A DNA stretch of 64,000 bases from a virus, in IMG/VR virus record IMGVR_UViG_3300027763_000034, positions 32,001 to 96,000 of that record; one strand, 5' to 3'. The position numbers were made by a program, and so were the translations under genes. Within the stretch, counting starts at the first letter, position 1. Every line of letters begins with the position of its first letter. Below the pieces are notes generated by a model. The model was not told the origin of the DNA. It did not search any database and saw nothing but the letters and a program-made list of their open reading frames with translations. Positions 1 through 9,151 of the stretch are shown piece after piece.

Positions 1-1121
1 ACATAAACACGTTCATATGTAGTTAAATTATTTTTTGTAAAATAAGGCAATGATTTATTATTGTAACAAGTTTGCCATCCAGATAATCCGTCTAAACTTA
101 TTTCAAATAATATATTTTCAAAGTCTGGTTCATACTTTAGTTGTGAACTGTTTATTCCAATTCCAGATGGAACAATTATCTCTTGTGTAAAATTAAAACT
201 GGCTGGGGATGCGGTGTCAGTTTTAGCAAATGTAACATAGTCATGATCTATAGATAGAACTGCATCTCCATTAATTAGATCTGACCATTTAATTGCAGAT
301 GGGTAGTAGTATTGTTTTACTGGCATTATTTTTGAATGATTCAATGTAAATAAAACTCCACCGTCTGGTTCTACTATCTGTAGGTGATTCAGCTCGTATG
401 AGCCAGCAGTGTAATGATTTTGTATTTTACTTTCAGAAAGAGAATATCTGTAGAATGCAACACAATCAATTACAAATGGTTCAGATTCATTAGAAGGACC
501 ACTCATAAATGAAACTGTTAGGTTGCTAAACGGGTACGGCTCGGAAATAGATTTAGTTGATTTACTTACTCCATTAACATATAATATAATTGAAGATCCA
601 TTGTATACGGCAGAAATGTAAGAAGCGGATGTTTTTTCTATTTTGGCAACTGCAACCGACGAACCTATTTTAAATAAAACATTTCCATTTTTATAAGTTA
701 AGCCAATTAAATTTGTTGTGTCAAATGCTAAAGGTATTTCATTGGTGGATGTTTGTGGCGGTTTAAACCATAAGTCTATAGAAAATGGATTATTTTTGTA
801 TGTTGATGTTGCCATTCCTGGAGTTATGTATATAATTTTTGTATCTGAATTCATTTTTGTTCCAGCTATCGATCCAGGAACTAATGGCATTAATACTGCA
901 TTTGATGAGTTAAACGATACTCCATTATTACTATTTCCAGAATAATCATATATTACCGACCCTCCGAGATTGGCATAAGAAATACCATTATCTCTTAAAT
1001 CAGCGTATGTAGCATATTGTGTTTTAAGGGCATCATATGAAACTGTGGTGCCAGATATTACTTCATCTAATAAATAAAATGATGTTGGGTGGTCATTTAA
1101 GACTACGCTTTTGTATGACAT
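1..1121 (-). CDS. LamG/concanavalin A-like domain virion protein (runs off the window; not in ORF track)
   Basis: Read manually from ATG 1121: MSYKSVVLNDHPTSFYLLDE...YDYSGNSNNG...FSIDLWFKP...ISAVYNGSSIILYVNG, which are LamG-type motifs. Confidence 0.7.
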   Translation of the reverse strand, partial: MSYKSVVLNDHPTSFYLLDEVISGTTVSYDALKTQYATYADLRDNGISYANLGGSVIYDYSGNSNNGVSFNSSNAVLMPLVPGSIAGTKMNSDTKIIYITPGMATSTYKNNPFSIDLWFKPPQTSTNEIPLAFDTTNLIGLTYKNGNVLFKIGSSVAVAKIEKTSASYISAVYNGSSIILYVNGVSKSTKSISEPYPFSNLTVSFMSGPSNESEPFVIDCVAFYRYSLSESKIQNHYTAGSYELNHLQIVEPDGGVLFTLNHSKIMPVKQYYYPSAIKWSDLINGDAVLSIDHDYVTFAKTDTASPASFNFTQEIIVPSGIGINSSQLKYEPDFENILFEISLDGLSGWQTCYNNKSLPYFTKNNLTTYERVY

Positions 1122-1128
1122 CCCAAAC

Positions 1129-2232
1129 CTACTTTTCTTCTAGTGATTTTACTCTTGCTGTAAGTTCTTGTACCGCTTTAATTAATGGAGAAATAAATTC
1201 TTCGTATCTTAATGCTTGTTGTCCTTCTGCATCATTCACATCAGAAATTACCCAGCCGCCGAAGTCAGCAATATTGACTTCATCTAAGACAGACTTTACC
1301 TCTTGTGCAATTAATCCGTAATGTGTTCTATCTCCACCAATTTTATTATATTTAACTGGGTTTAATTTATTAATAAAATTTAATCCAAGGTCAGATGTCA
1401 ATATATTTTCTTTTGTTCTTTCATCTGATATAACAGTTGCTGCTGAGTTTAAATATATGTTTTTCCATCCTCTAGTTACGTTATCTGTTCCAGAGTTAAT
1501 TGGACCAAGCAAACCTAAAGTAAATGTATTTGTTGATAGTGGATACCAGGCAGAGTTGACTCCAGTTGTAGATGTTGCTGTTGTTTGTAGCGCAATTCTT
1601 GTTGCAATTGGATCAATAACAGCATTTGATCCTGCTGCGCCAGTTGCGCCAGTTGCACCAGTTGCGCCAGTATCTCCACGAGGAATTGTAAAATTTAAAA
1701 TAACATTGCTAGATGTTCCAGTATTTGTAACAATAGCGTTTGTTCCTGCTGCACCTGTAGTTACTGGGCTAGCAATAGTAATTGTTGCTGCTGCATCACC
1801 TTTTGGACCAGTTGCTCCAGTTGCTCCAGTTGCTCCAGTTTCTCCAGTTGGTAAAACTAAATTTAAAACTTGAGATGGAGATGTGCCAGTAATTGTTGCA
1901 GAAGCTAGTGCGCCAGATACAACTGTTCCAATTGTTAAAACATTTGATGGACCAGGGCCACCAATTACTCCATCTTGACCTTTTGGAATATTAAATGTTA
2001 AAGATTGTGATGGAGATGTTCCGCTAATAGTTACCGAAGCATTTTGACCAGCATTTATTGTATTTGTTGAAGCAATGGTTAAAACGTTTGAAGGGCCTGT
2101 TGCTCCTTGGGGTCCAGGATGAGCAGCAATATATGTAGCAATATCATTACCTAAAATACCAAGATCTCTAGGTACATCGGGAGAATCCGAGTAACTTGGG
2201 AAGTGCCATCCATTAACGCCTGTAGTTGCCAT
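1129..2232 (-). CDS. Tail fibre with collagen-like repeats and C-terminal intramolecular chaperone (peptidase S74)
   Basis: GAT/GPQ triplets; SDERTKENI...LNPVKY...GLIAQEV...YEEFISPLIKAVQEL. Confidence 0.85.
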   Translation of the reverse strand: MATTGVNGWHFPSYSDSPDVPRDLGILGNDIATYIAAHPGPQGATGPSNVLTIASTNTINAGQNASVTISGTSPSQSLTFNIPKGQDGVIGGPGPSNVLTIGTVVSGALASATITGTSPSQVLNLVLPTGETGATGATGATGPKGDAAATITIASPVTTGAAGTNAIVTNTGTSSNVILNFTIPRGDTGATGATGATGAAGSNAVIDPIATRIALQTTATSTTGVNSAWYPLSTNTFTLGLLGPINSGTDNVTRGWKNIYLNSAATVISDERTKENILTSDLGLNFINKLNPVKYNKIGGDRTHYGLIAQEVKSVLDEVNIADFGGWVISDVNDAEGQQALRYEEFISPLIKAVQELTARVKSLEEK

Positions 2233-2239
2233 TTTTTAA

Positions 2240-2911
2240 TTATACCATTAAGCCTTTATACACAGAAAGGTGTGAGGTATATCTTTTGCCAGACAAAACT
2301 TCATTTACCTTATGAAGATACGGCTCTTGACTTGGAAATATTATTAGGCTGCCCTCTTGTGGCTTTATTGACAAGCCTTGGTTTGGAAACTCTATCTCGC
2401 CACCCTCATAGTCATCATTCAGATAAGCTATCATTGAGAATGCTAGTGTTGTATGTCCGTCATAGTTATCACAATGTGGCCCCATGCCAGAACCTGCTGC
2501 CCATTCTCTAATTGGAATTTCTCCCATTGGAAGTATATAATTTTTTCCGTCAATATTTCTTGACTTTAAATAATTATCAAGACACATTTCAAATGCCATT
2601 TTTAAACTATTACTTATGTAAAGAATTTTTTGATCTAGTCTGGAACCAGAATTATTTTCTTTTATGCTATTAGTTAAAACATTTTTATTTTTTCCGTATA
2701 CAACATTGACATCATCACTTGCTGTCCATGGGCTCCACTGTGTTATTTTTGAATAACTATCTTGGCTTTCATCGACCTCATTGATAAAATCAACTAGTTC
2801 TTTTGGATAGCTTAAAACATTTTTAAAATGCCATATGCCATCTTCTAAAGCATTTGGTATGAACATGTGATACATGTCATTTGGATTAAAATCTTTTTTA
2901 TCTTCTATCAT
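2240..2911 (-). CDS. 2OG-Fe(II) oxygenase (prolyl 4-hydroxylase-like)
   Basis: HCD...YLNDDYEGGEIEF...H.V..V.SG.RY. Confidence 0.85.
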   Translation of the reverse strand: MIEDKKDFNPNDMYHMFIPNALEDGIWHFKNVLSYPKELVDFINEVDESQDSYSKITQWSPWTASDDVNVVYGKNKNVLTNSIKENNSGSRLDQKILYISNSLKMAFEMCLDNYLKSRNIDGKNYILPMGEIPIREWAAGSGMGPHCDNYDGHTTLAFSMIAYLNDDYEGGEIEFPNQGLSIKPQEGSLIIFPSQEPYLHKVNEVLSGKRYTSHLSVYKGLMV

Positions 2912-3669
2912 TAGATATTCTCTACTTCTGAGGCTGGGACTGGTGCTCCGTACGGAGTTAGTCTTAATCCTTTGTCACGGATTTCTTTCCATTCTTCTTG
3001 CTCGCCTTTTTGATGTGCTCTGACTTTAGCTAACTCGTCTGCCCATTCATCTCTAATTTCTTGAGGATAATCAGACTCTTCTCTATCGTCCCAAAAAGAT
3101 CCAAGCGTATATCTTGGCGCTCCTTTTACTACGGTAACCTCATGCATGTTTTTATGACCACCATGAAATATTAAAAATGACCCAGCTTTTGGAATAACTT
3201 CAAGTGGGGTTTTTCCATGTCTTGCATCAAACTTTAATGTTCCGCCTTCAAAATCATCATTTAAATATAAAAAACCAGCATATCTACTTCGTGTAAACGC
3301 ACCCATTTTTCCTTCTGAGTCGCTGTTGTCTGAGTGCTTTGGTGCAAAAGCTCCTGGAAGCCATCTTTGCACATGAAAGCTAATCTGAGACATGTCTTCG
3401 AAAGACTTATTTGCTACATCTGCAGCAGCCTGTCTAAATCTATTTTTAAGATCAGTAAACCATGTAGGGCTTAAATTAAATTCAGCAAGCACTGCTTCAC
3501 CATCAAATGGGTATCTGGCAGAGTATGACTCATAAAAAGATATTCCCTTCCAGTAGTCATCGTCAGTCTCAGCAAGTTTTTCTAGCAGCCCAATGACAGA
3601 TTTGCATTCTTCTTTTGATATAAAATCTTCATAGAGATCTATATCTTCTGTTAGTTTAGTAAGCTTCAT
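2911..3669 (-). CDS. 2OG-Fe(II) oxygenase (P4H-like)
   Basis: HSD...YLNDDFEGG...HEV...RY. Confidence 0.85.
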   Translation of the reverse strand: MKLTKLTEDIDLYEDFISKEECKSVIGLLEKLAETDDDYWKGISFYESYSARYPFDGEAVLAEFNLSPTWFTDLKNRFRQAAADVANKSFEDMSQISFHVQRWLPGAFAPKHSDNSDSEGKMGAFTRSRYAGFLYLNDDFEGGTLKFDARHGKTPLEVIPKAGSFLIFHGGHKNMHEVTVVKGAPRYTLGSFWDDREESDYPQEIRDEWADELAKVRAHQKGEQEEWKEIRDKGLRLTPYGAPVPASEVENI

Positions 3670-4490
3670 TACATACCCCCTGGCCCAGATTTATCTCCAG
3701 ATAGATCATCATATTTGGTCGGAACCCCATCCTGTAAGTATCTCATGTTTCTAGGATTGTCGTGCTTTAATCTTTCAAATTCTTTTTTCATCCAATTAGC
3801 GGCTCCTAATTTCTTTTGATTTTCGAGCCATTCTGGGTGTCCGTCGTAAGGGTACATAACAAAATTTCTTACAAAGAATTTTTCTCCATTATATATTGTT
3901 TTTACGCCATGAAAATATGGTTCATCTGATGGAAAGACAAGGATGTCTCCAGCCTGTGGTTTATGATTTACCCTATCCCCATTAACAAAAAATTCAATAT
4001 CTCCGCCGTCGTAATTATCATTTATATACATTGTGCAGGTTAATTGAAATTTAGATCCTGGCATGTCTCTTTCTGAAATAATAAAATCTGTGTGATATTG
4101 CATAGTCATTTTATTATCTAGGACATCAACTTGATCCGTATACTTTGAAAAAGAACATCCGCTAAAATGCCAATTAGGTTTTAATTCAATGCCGTGCCTA
4201 TTAATATAATCAAGCAATACTGCATCATAGGCGGACTGAATTTGATCCACAAAATCTTTTTCTTCTATAAACATTGGGTCGGACTTTTGAGTATCATCTA
4301 CTTCTAATGAATTTTTTGCTTGGGAATAGGTGCCAAAATGTGCCCAAGGGTCCCAAGTCTTTAAAAGGTACTTGCCTTCAGATGTCTGCTCTGATTTTTT
4401 CATTGTCTCATACAGGGCCTGCGGATCTTTCAAAACATTTCTGTACACATCCACTTTTGGATATAGCTCTACGTATTCTAAATTTGTCAT
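3669..4490 (-). CDS. 2OG-Fe(II) oxygenase (P4H-like)
   Basis: HTD...YINDNYDGG...HGV; probable start ATG 4490 overlapping the upstream stop (ATGA). Confidence 0.85.
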   Translation of the reverse strand: MTNLEYVELYPKVDVYRNVLKDPQALYETMKKSEQTSEGKYLLKTWDPWAHFGTYSQAKNSLEVDDTQKSDPMFIEEKDFVDQIQSAYDAVLLDYINRHGIELKPNWHFSGCSFSKYTDQVDVLDNKMTMQYHTDFIISERDMPGSKFQLTCTMYINDNYDGGDIEFFVNGDRVNHKPQAGDILVFPSDEPYFHGVKTIYNGEKFFVRNFVMYPYDGHPEWLENQKKLGAANWMKKEFERLKHDNPRNMRYLQDGVPTKYDDLSGDKSGPGGM

Positions 4491-5164
4491 GGCTGTCTTT
4501 CTCCTGTGTGTTTCATTATCGTCCAAAAAAATGGCGAAGTAAATCTATTTCCTGCTGTTACTGGTCTTACCCCGTGTGTGTAGTGCATGTCTCCTGGGAA
4601 GAAATATGCTGCGCCTGCTTTTGGCTTAAATTCAATTCCGTGCTGTGGGAAGTATAGCTCTCCGCCTTCATAGTCATCATTAAAATAAAATAGTCCTGCT
4701 AAGTCATACCATGGAAAATCATTTGGTCTTCCCTTTTCTATTCCAGTGTGAAACTCTTTGTCTGCGTGTGGTTCTTGTCTTGCCCCAACTGGCCATCTAA
4801 CAATTGCTGGGCCTGTCTCTTGAGCATCAACAGAAAAAAATTTATCCACTTCAATTTTAAGTCTTGCTATCATTGAGTTAATTAATTCTAATATTGTTGG
4901 GTCAGACTCCATTAAAGAGTTGTGAGTGCAAACCCTATCTTTCCATATATTTGCATCATACAAAACTAATCCGTCTTCATCAACATGAGTTTCGGTTTGA
5001 TCCCAAACTTTATTGTTTAAAGCAAAACTTATAAGCCTTTGCCTTTCATCTTCAGTCAAAAAATTTTCTAGCTCTATAATATTATCTGAGGATGAGCCAA
5101 AGAAACCTGAAGGCGTTATTGACTTCGGTGCATATAGCTGTATGTCTTTATTTGCAATTTTCAT
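4487..5164 (-). CDS. 2OG-Fe(II) oxygenase (P4H-like)
   Basis: HAD...YFNDDYEGGELYF...HGV...RF. Confidence 0.85.
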   Translation of the reverse strand: MKIANKDIQLYAPKSITPSGFFGSSSDNIIELENFLTEDERQRLISFALNNKVWDQTETHVDEDGLVLYDANIWKDRVCTHNSLMESDPTILELINSMIARLKIEVDKFFSVDAQETGPAIVRWPVGARQEPHADKEFHTGIEKGRPNDFPWYDLAGLFYFNDDYEGGELYFPQHGIEFKPKAGAAYFFPGDMHYTHGVRPVTAGNRFTSPFFWTIMKHTGERQP

Positions 5165-5208
5165 TAGTTCTCTTTCTGTTAATACTACAATATAATTTTA
5201 CCATGCTA

Positions 5209-5913
5209 TTAATCTTTATTATCAATGACTTTTAATCTTATTGCTTTTACTTGGTGCTTCCCTAAAGATACTCCAAGGTGGTCTGTAGCATTACGGTAAA
5301 AATTAGTCCATTTCCCAACCGCATTTGATTCCGACCCAGCTTTGCTATATTCTTTAGAATCAAATGTTCTTTCTGGCATTTTTGAAGAGTCAAAAAACTC
5401 TATTTCGGAATCCTGCAAAGCTTCAAGGTTTATTGGCATTATTGAAAATATGGGCGTGTTAGCTTTTATTGTTATTTCAACATTTGGCCTAGTTACTCGG
5501 ATCGCACAAGATAAATCTCCACTATAAAAAGAAGAACTCATTATTGTTGTAAATGGCTCATACCCGTCTACAAAATTATTAGGGACTGGCATAGTGAGGA
5601 GGCTGTGGTTTTCATCTGTTTTAAATGTTATGCCAGTGTTAAAACTTACCGTAGCATTTGATCTTTCGGCATAAGCATATTTATCTCCAGATAATATTTT
5701 TACGTGATCTGGTGTGGAATCAGATATTCCGTCCCATATAAAAGTTATATCTTCTGGGAATGAGATAGACCAGCCCATTTGATTTGGTAATCCAACTGGA
5801 AAACATTTATATGCGTGAGCTTCCCAAGTTTCATCCATCCAATCTCTTTTTACTGATAAGGGGAGGACTGTGGCTGAAATATCTTTTGCTCTATAGGCTT
5901 TGAGTTTTACCAT
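5209..5913 (-). CDS. DUF6065-like protein
   Basis: KRDWMD...HAYKCFP...NQMGW motif; sits among oxygenases. Confidence 0.6.
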   Translation of the reverse strand: MVKLKAYRAKDISATVLPLSVKRDWMDETWEAHAYKCFPVGLPNQMGWSISFPEDITFIWDGISDSTPDHVKILSGDKYAYAERSNATVSFNTGITFKTDENHSLLTMPVPNNFVDGYEPFTTIMSSSFYSGDLSCAIRVTRPNVEITIKANTPIFSIMPINLEALQDSEIEFFDSSKMPERTFDSKEYSKAGSESNAVGKWTNFYRNATDHLGVSLGKHQVKAIRLKVIDNKD

Positions 5914-6565
5914 CGTTTAATCTTTTTTCTACAAGTGCACGATACTCATCATTATGAGTGTTATCGTTATAATCTAGCATTGTAACTATAGAATATTTTT
6001 TGCCTTCTTCTACTGGCATTGCAACATGAGAATAGATATATGTGGACGGGAATATGTATAAGTCACCAGCTTTTGGCTTAATTTTTAAGTCTAATTTTGG
6101 GAACCATAGCTCTCCGCCAGTGTAATCATCATTTGGATACGCTACCAGAGACACCGTTGCTGTATAAGAAAACCCGTGGTCGGCATGCTCTTGAAAATGT
6201 TGTCCTGGACCATAAGAAATAAAATTCATTACTTCCCAAAAATCCATTCTTACGCTATGAAATGAACAATAGTCTTCTGCTGCTGGCCCCTGTGTATCTT
6301 TGGCATCTTGCCATATATCATTTATTCGTCTATCAAAATCATTTCTTATTGTTGGCACTGGGCCTATCTTTACATCTTGGCAATCTCTATAGCTTGGCCT
6401 TGTTTCATCATAGCCAACTGTTGCGCCTCTCCAGTTGTACTGCCCATTGCTTTCATTAACAACAGAGACAAGCCTTTCCATTAAATTTAGTTCTGGCTTA
6501 ACTACGTCTCTATATACCCATAACCCAGGAAATAGGATTTCTTTGCTTGACCAAGTTTGATTCAT
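5891..6565 (-). CDS. 2OG-Fe(II) oxygenase (P4H-like)
   Basis: HAD...YPNDDYTGGEL...SHVA...KY. Confidence 0.85.
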   Translation of the reverse strand: MNQTWSSKEILFPGLWVYRDVVKPELNLMERLVSVVNESNGQYNWRGATVGYDETRPSYRDCQDVKIGPVPTIRNDFDRRINDIWQDAKDTQGPAAEDYCSFHSVRMDFWEVMNFISYGPGQHFQEHADHGFSYTATVSLVAYPNDDYTGGELWFPKLDLKIKPKAGDLYIFPSTYIYSHVAMPVEEGKKYSIVTMLDYNDNTHNDEYRALVEKRLNDGKTQSL

Positions 6566-6578
6566 TTTTCTCTTTCTC

Positions 6579-7157
6579 TCATATATAGTTTATCATATCA
6601 TCTGGTAATATGTCAATAATTAAATGCACTCTATCAAAATCAGTTGGGTTAGAAACGGAGTGTGGCATTTGATTATTAATTTCATACCATCCGCCCTCTT
6701 CCATATGTATTGTATTGTCCATTACAGTAAATGTTATTAAATCTTTTGTTATTATGGGTACATGAACTCTTCTAGAATAGTGAAGCAGGGCTCCACCATC
6801 AACATGCTTTGGTATATAAGAATTAGAATTTAATTTAACAAATTCACACCTTATTATTTTGCCAGAATAGTATGACTCTAAATCAATAAAAATTTTTTTA
6901 AGCTCTTGATCTGATAGACTATTTTTAAGAAGATTTACATAATTGGTTTCAACTGGGTCGCCAACAATCCAATCGTAATCTGTTTCACAAATTCTAAACA
7001 TCTGTGTGCTTTTGTGAGTATACCCTTTTTCTTGCCTGCTTTGATCAATCAGCCATTCATTTGAAAAATTAGAAATTTCATCTTTAATATGATTTATTTC
7101 AAAATGACCTAGGTGAAGTATTGACCACTCAGTATTCTTTTTTAATCTTTTGTACAT
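6579..7157 (-). CDS. Aspartyl/asparaginyl/proline beta-hydroxylase family protein
   Basis: IPKHVD...RVHVPI...EINNQMPHSVSN...RVHLIID. Confidence 0.8.
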   Translation of the reverse strand: MYKRLKKNTEWSILHLGHFEINHIKDEISNFSNEWLIDQSRQEKGYTHKSTQMFRICETDYDWIVGDPVETNYVNLLKNSLSDQELKKIFIDLESYYSGKIIRCEFVKLNSNSYIPKHVDGGALLHYSRRVHVPIITKDLITFTVMDNTIHMEEGGWYEINNQMPHSVSNPTDFDRVHLIIDILPDDMINYI

Positions 7158-7836
7158 ATTCGTATACCTCCATGTCCAATAAATTAATTTCTTCTATTCT
7201 ATTTATATGTCTTTTATCAAATTTAATTCCTATATCATAAGAGGAATTTGCTTTGTCGGAATGTTTAAATGTTGAAAATCCAAATTGTTTTAATAAGCTT
7301 TTATTTAAATCTATTTTAAATAAATCTAGTTCTTCTAGCGTATAAGCTTTCATTTTTTCAAGACTTGAAATTACATTTTTTATATCTAATTTATATCCTT
7401 CTAAATACCAACCGCTGCTAACTGTATTTTGAAATTGTAATATATCCTGATTAAATTTTTCTATATTTAATTTACCAGTTAAAAATTTTGACTGCAGGTT
7501 GGATTGCATTTCGCATTCTTCCCCATAAAGCCATCTATCTAATTTTTCTTCAGCTTCTTTTCCCGCTCTTATTGGTCCTGTTGTATATTTAAAATAGCTT
7601 ATAAATCTTTCTACTGGGTCTCTAACTATTGTAAAAATTTCTGGACTGTCCATATAATCTAAAGGCATTAAGCCAAAATGACCACCAACAAACCTACTTT
7701 TTTTTATTTTTTCTACATCTATTTTATTCCTATTGGATATACAATGCTCTACCCCATTTGATATCAAATGGGGTATTACATTATTCTTTATGTATATACC
7801 AGATGTTCTTGGAATATGCAGATGGTATATTGACAC
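7129..7836 (-). CDS. Sulfotransferase-family protein
   Basis: HLHIPRTSG (PAPS 5' motif), GHF, VRDPVERFISYF. Confidence 0.75.
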   Translation of the reverse strand: MSIYHLHIPRTSGIYIKNNVIPHLISNGVEHCISNRNKIDVEKIKKSRFVGGHFGLMPLDYMDSPEIFTIVRDPVERFISYFKYTTGPIRAGKEAEEKLDRWLYGEECEMQSNLQSKFLTGKLNIEKFNQDILQFQNTVSSGWYLEGYKLDIKNVISSLEKMKAYTLEELDLFKIDLNKSLLKQFGFSTFKHSDKANSSYDIGIKFDKRHINRIEEINLLDMEVYEYVQKIKKEY

Positions 7837-9128
7837 TAAAAAGCTTTACGGTTGTGTACTACTAGATCTCCCGCAATTAAAATATCATTTGGAGAAGCAT
7901 CAAATTCATAAACGGTTCTTTCTTCATTTATAATTTTTGTTGATTCTACTACTACCTCTTCAAAAATATTTTCATTATTTTTTACAAATATTGAATCTCC
8001 TGGTTCAAGAATTCCTGTTGTGCTAAAGAAATATGTGTCATTTTTCTTTGCAAGAATTGTTTGTTCTAGTGAGAATCTCTTAGAAGAGTCATCATTAATA
8101 ATCATAGTTGCATCTTTTATAGAAGGCTTTACGGCTCTAATTTCAGTTTTTACTAGATGTATATTATTAATTGAATCTGTAGACCATGTATAAGGATCGA
8201 TTTCAAATTCATCAAGCAATCCATCCCATGTTGCTGACCATACTTGGTCACCTACTTGAATTTCTTTTGCTTTTTTAAATTCTACTGTGTCATTTGGACC
8301 CACTGTCATTACAAGAGTGTCTTGATCAATGCAATAGAACCCTGGTGGGGCAAAGAACCCTGGTGGGGCAAAGAACCCTGGTGGGGCAAAGAACCCTGGT
8401 GGGGCAAAGAACCCTGGTGGGGCAAAGAATGATGGTGGTGCGAAGAACCCTGGTGGGGCAAAGAACCCTGGTGGGGCGAAGAATGATGGTGGTGCGAAGA
8501 ACCCTGGTGGGGCAAAGAAGCTTGGCGGGAAGAACGGTGCCAATGTTGTAACAGAATTTGATGATGCTGAATATGAAGAGTCTCCGTTACCATTTGTAGC
8601 AAGTACTTGATATGACTGTGCAGTGTTTGCTGTTTCTGGTACAGTGTGGCTTACTCCAGCTATTGAATATATTGGGCCATCGCTTGACTTAAGCTTGTAT
8701 CCAGTTATTGCTTTTCCTCCATCAGCTGGTGCAGACCAGGTAACATAGTCTTGGTTAATCTGTGCTGTAGCTGTTGGTGCTCCTGGGGTAGAAGGAACGG
8801 TTGTTGCGGTAACTGAGGCTGAAGCGGTTGATGGCTCGGAATCTCCAAATGTATTTTTTGCAACAACTGTATAGGTGTAAGGTGTATTAGAAAGAAGACC
8901 AGTGACTGTAATAGGAGAAGAAGTTCCTGTTCCAGTTCGACCTCCTGGGCTAGCTGTTACAACATACTCTGTTGCTGCGTATGGCCCATCTGGTGTAAAC
9001 GATACTGTTGCTGCTCCATCATTAAATGGACGGTTGGTTCCAACATCTGTTGCGCTTACATTGATTGGCTTAAATGGCATCAGGAAGTCATTCGAGCCCT
9101 GGCTCATTCTACCTACTTGTTTTGACAT
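7836..9128 (-). CDS. Fibronectin type III x2 + (FFAPPG/S)10 repeat + C-terminal Hint autoprocessing domain
   Basis: Fn3 motifs (ITVTGL..NTPYTYTVVAKN, WSAPADGG); Hint from C-IDQDTLV...IQVGDQV to VYEFD...GDLVVHN. Confidence 0.8.
   Translation of the reverse strand: MSKQVGRMSQGSNDFLMPFKPINVSATDVGTNRPFNDGAATVSFTPDGPYAATEYVVTASPGGRTGTGTSSPITVTGLLSNTPYTYTVVAKNTFGDSEPSTASASVTATTVPSTPGAPTATAQINQDYVTWSAPADGGKAITGYKLKSSDGPIYSIAGVSHTVPETANTAQSYQVLATNGNGDSSYSASSNSVTTLAPFFPPSFFAPPGFFAPPSFFAPPGFFAPPGFFAPPSFFAPPGFFAPPGFFAPPGFFAPPGFFAPPGFYCIDQDTLVMTVGPNDTVEFKKAKEIQVGDQVWSATWDGLLDEFEIDPYTWSTDSINNIHLVKTEIRAVKPSIKDATMIINDDSSKRFSLEQTILAKKNDTYFFSTTGILEPGDSIFVKNNENIFEEVVVESTKIINEERTVYEFDASPNDILIAGDLVVHNRKAF
8340..8519 (-). 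repeat. 10 x 18-bp tandem repeat encoding FFAPP[G/S]
   Basis: gaaccctggtggggcaaa units seen directly. Confidence 0.95.
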
Positions 9129-9151
9129 GGTTATTCTCCTTTAATTTTTGA

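Noticed and set aside
7851-8333. Hint domain as a canonical mobile intein
   Set aside because: No endonuclease, +1 residue is Arg, and only four residues follow.
8340-8519. 18-bp repeats as a CRISPR array
   Set aside because: No spacers; in-frame coding repeat; no cas genes.
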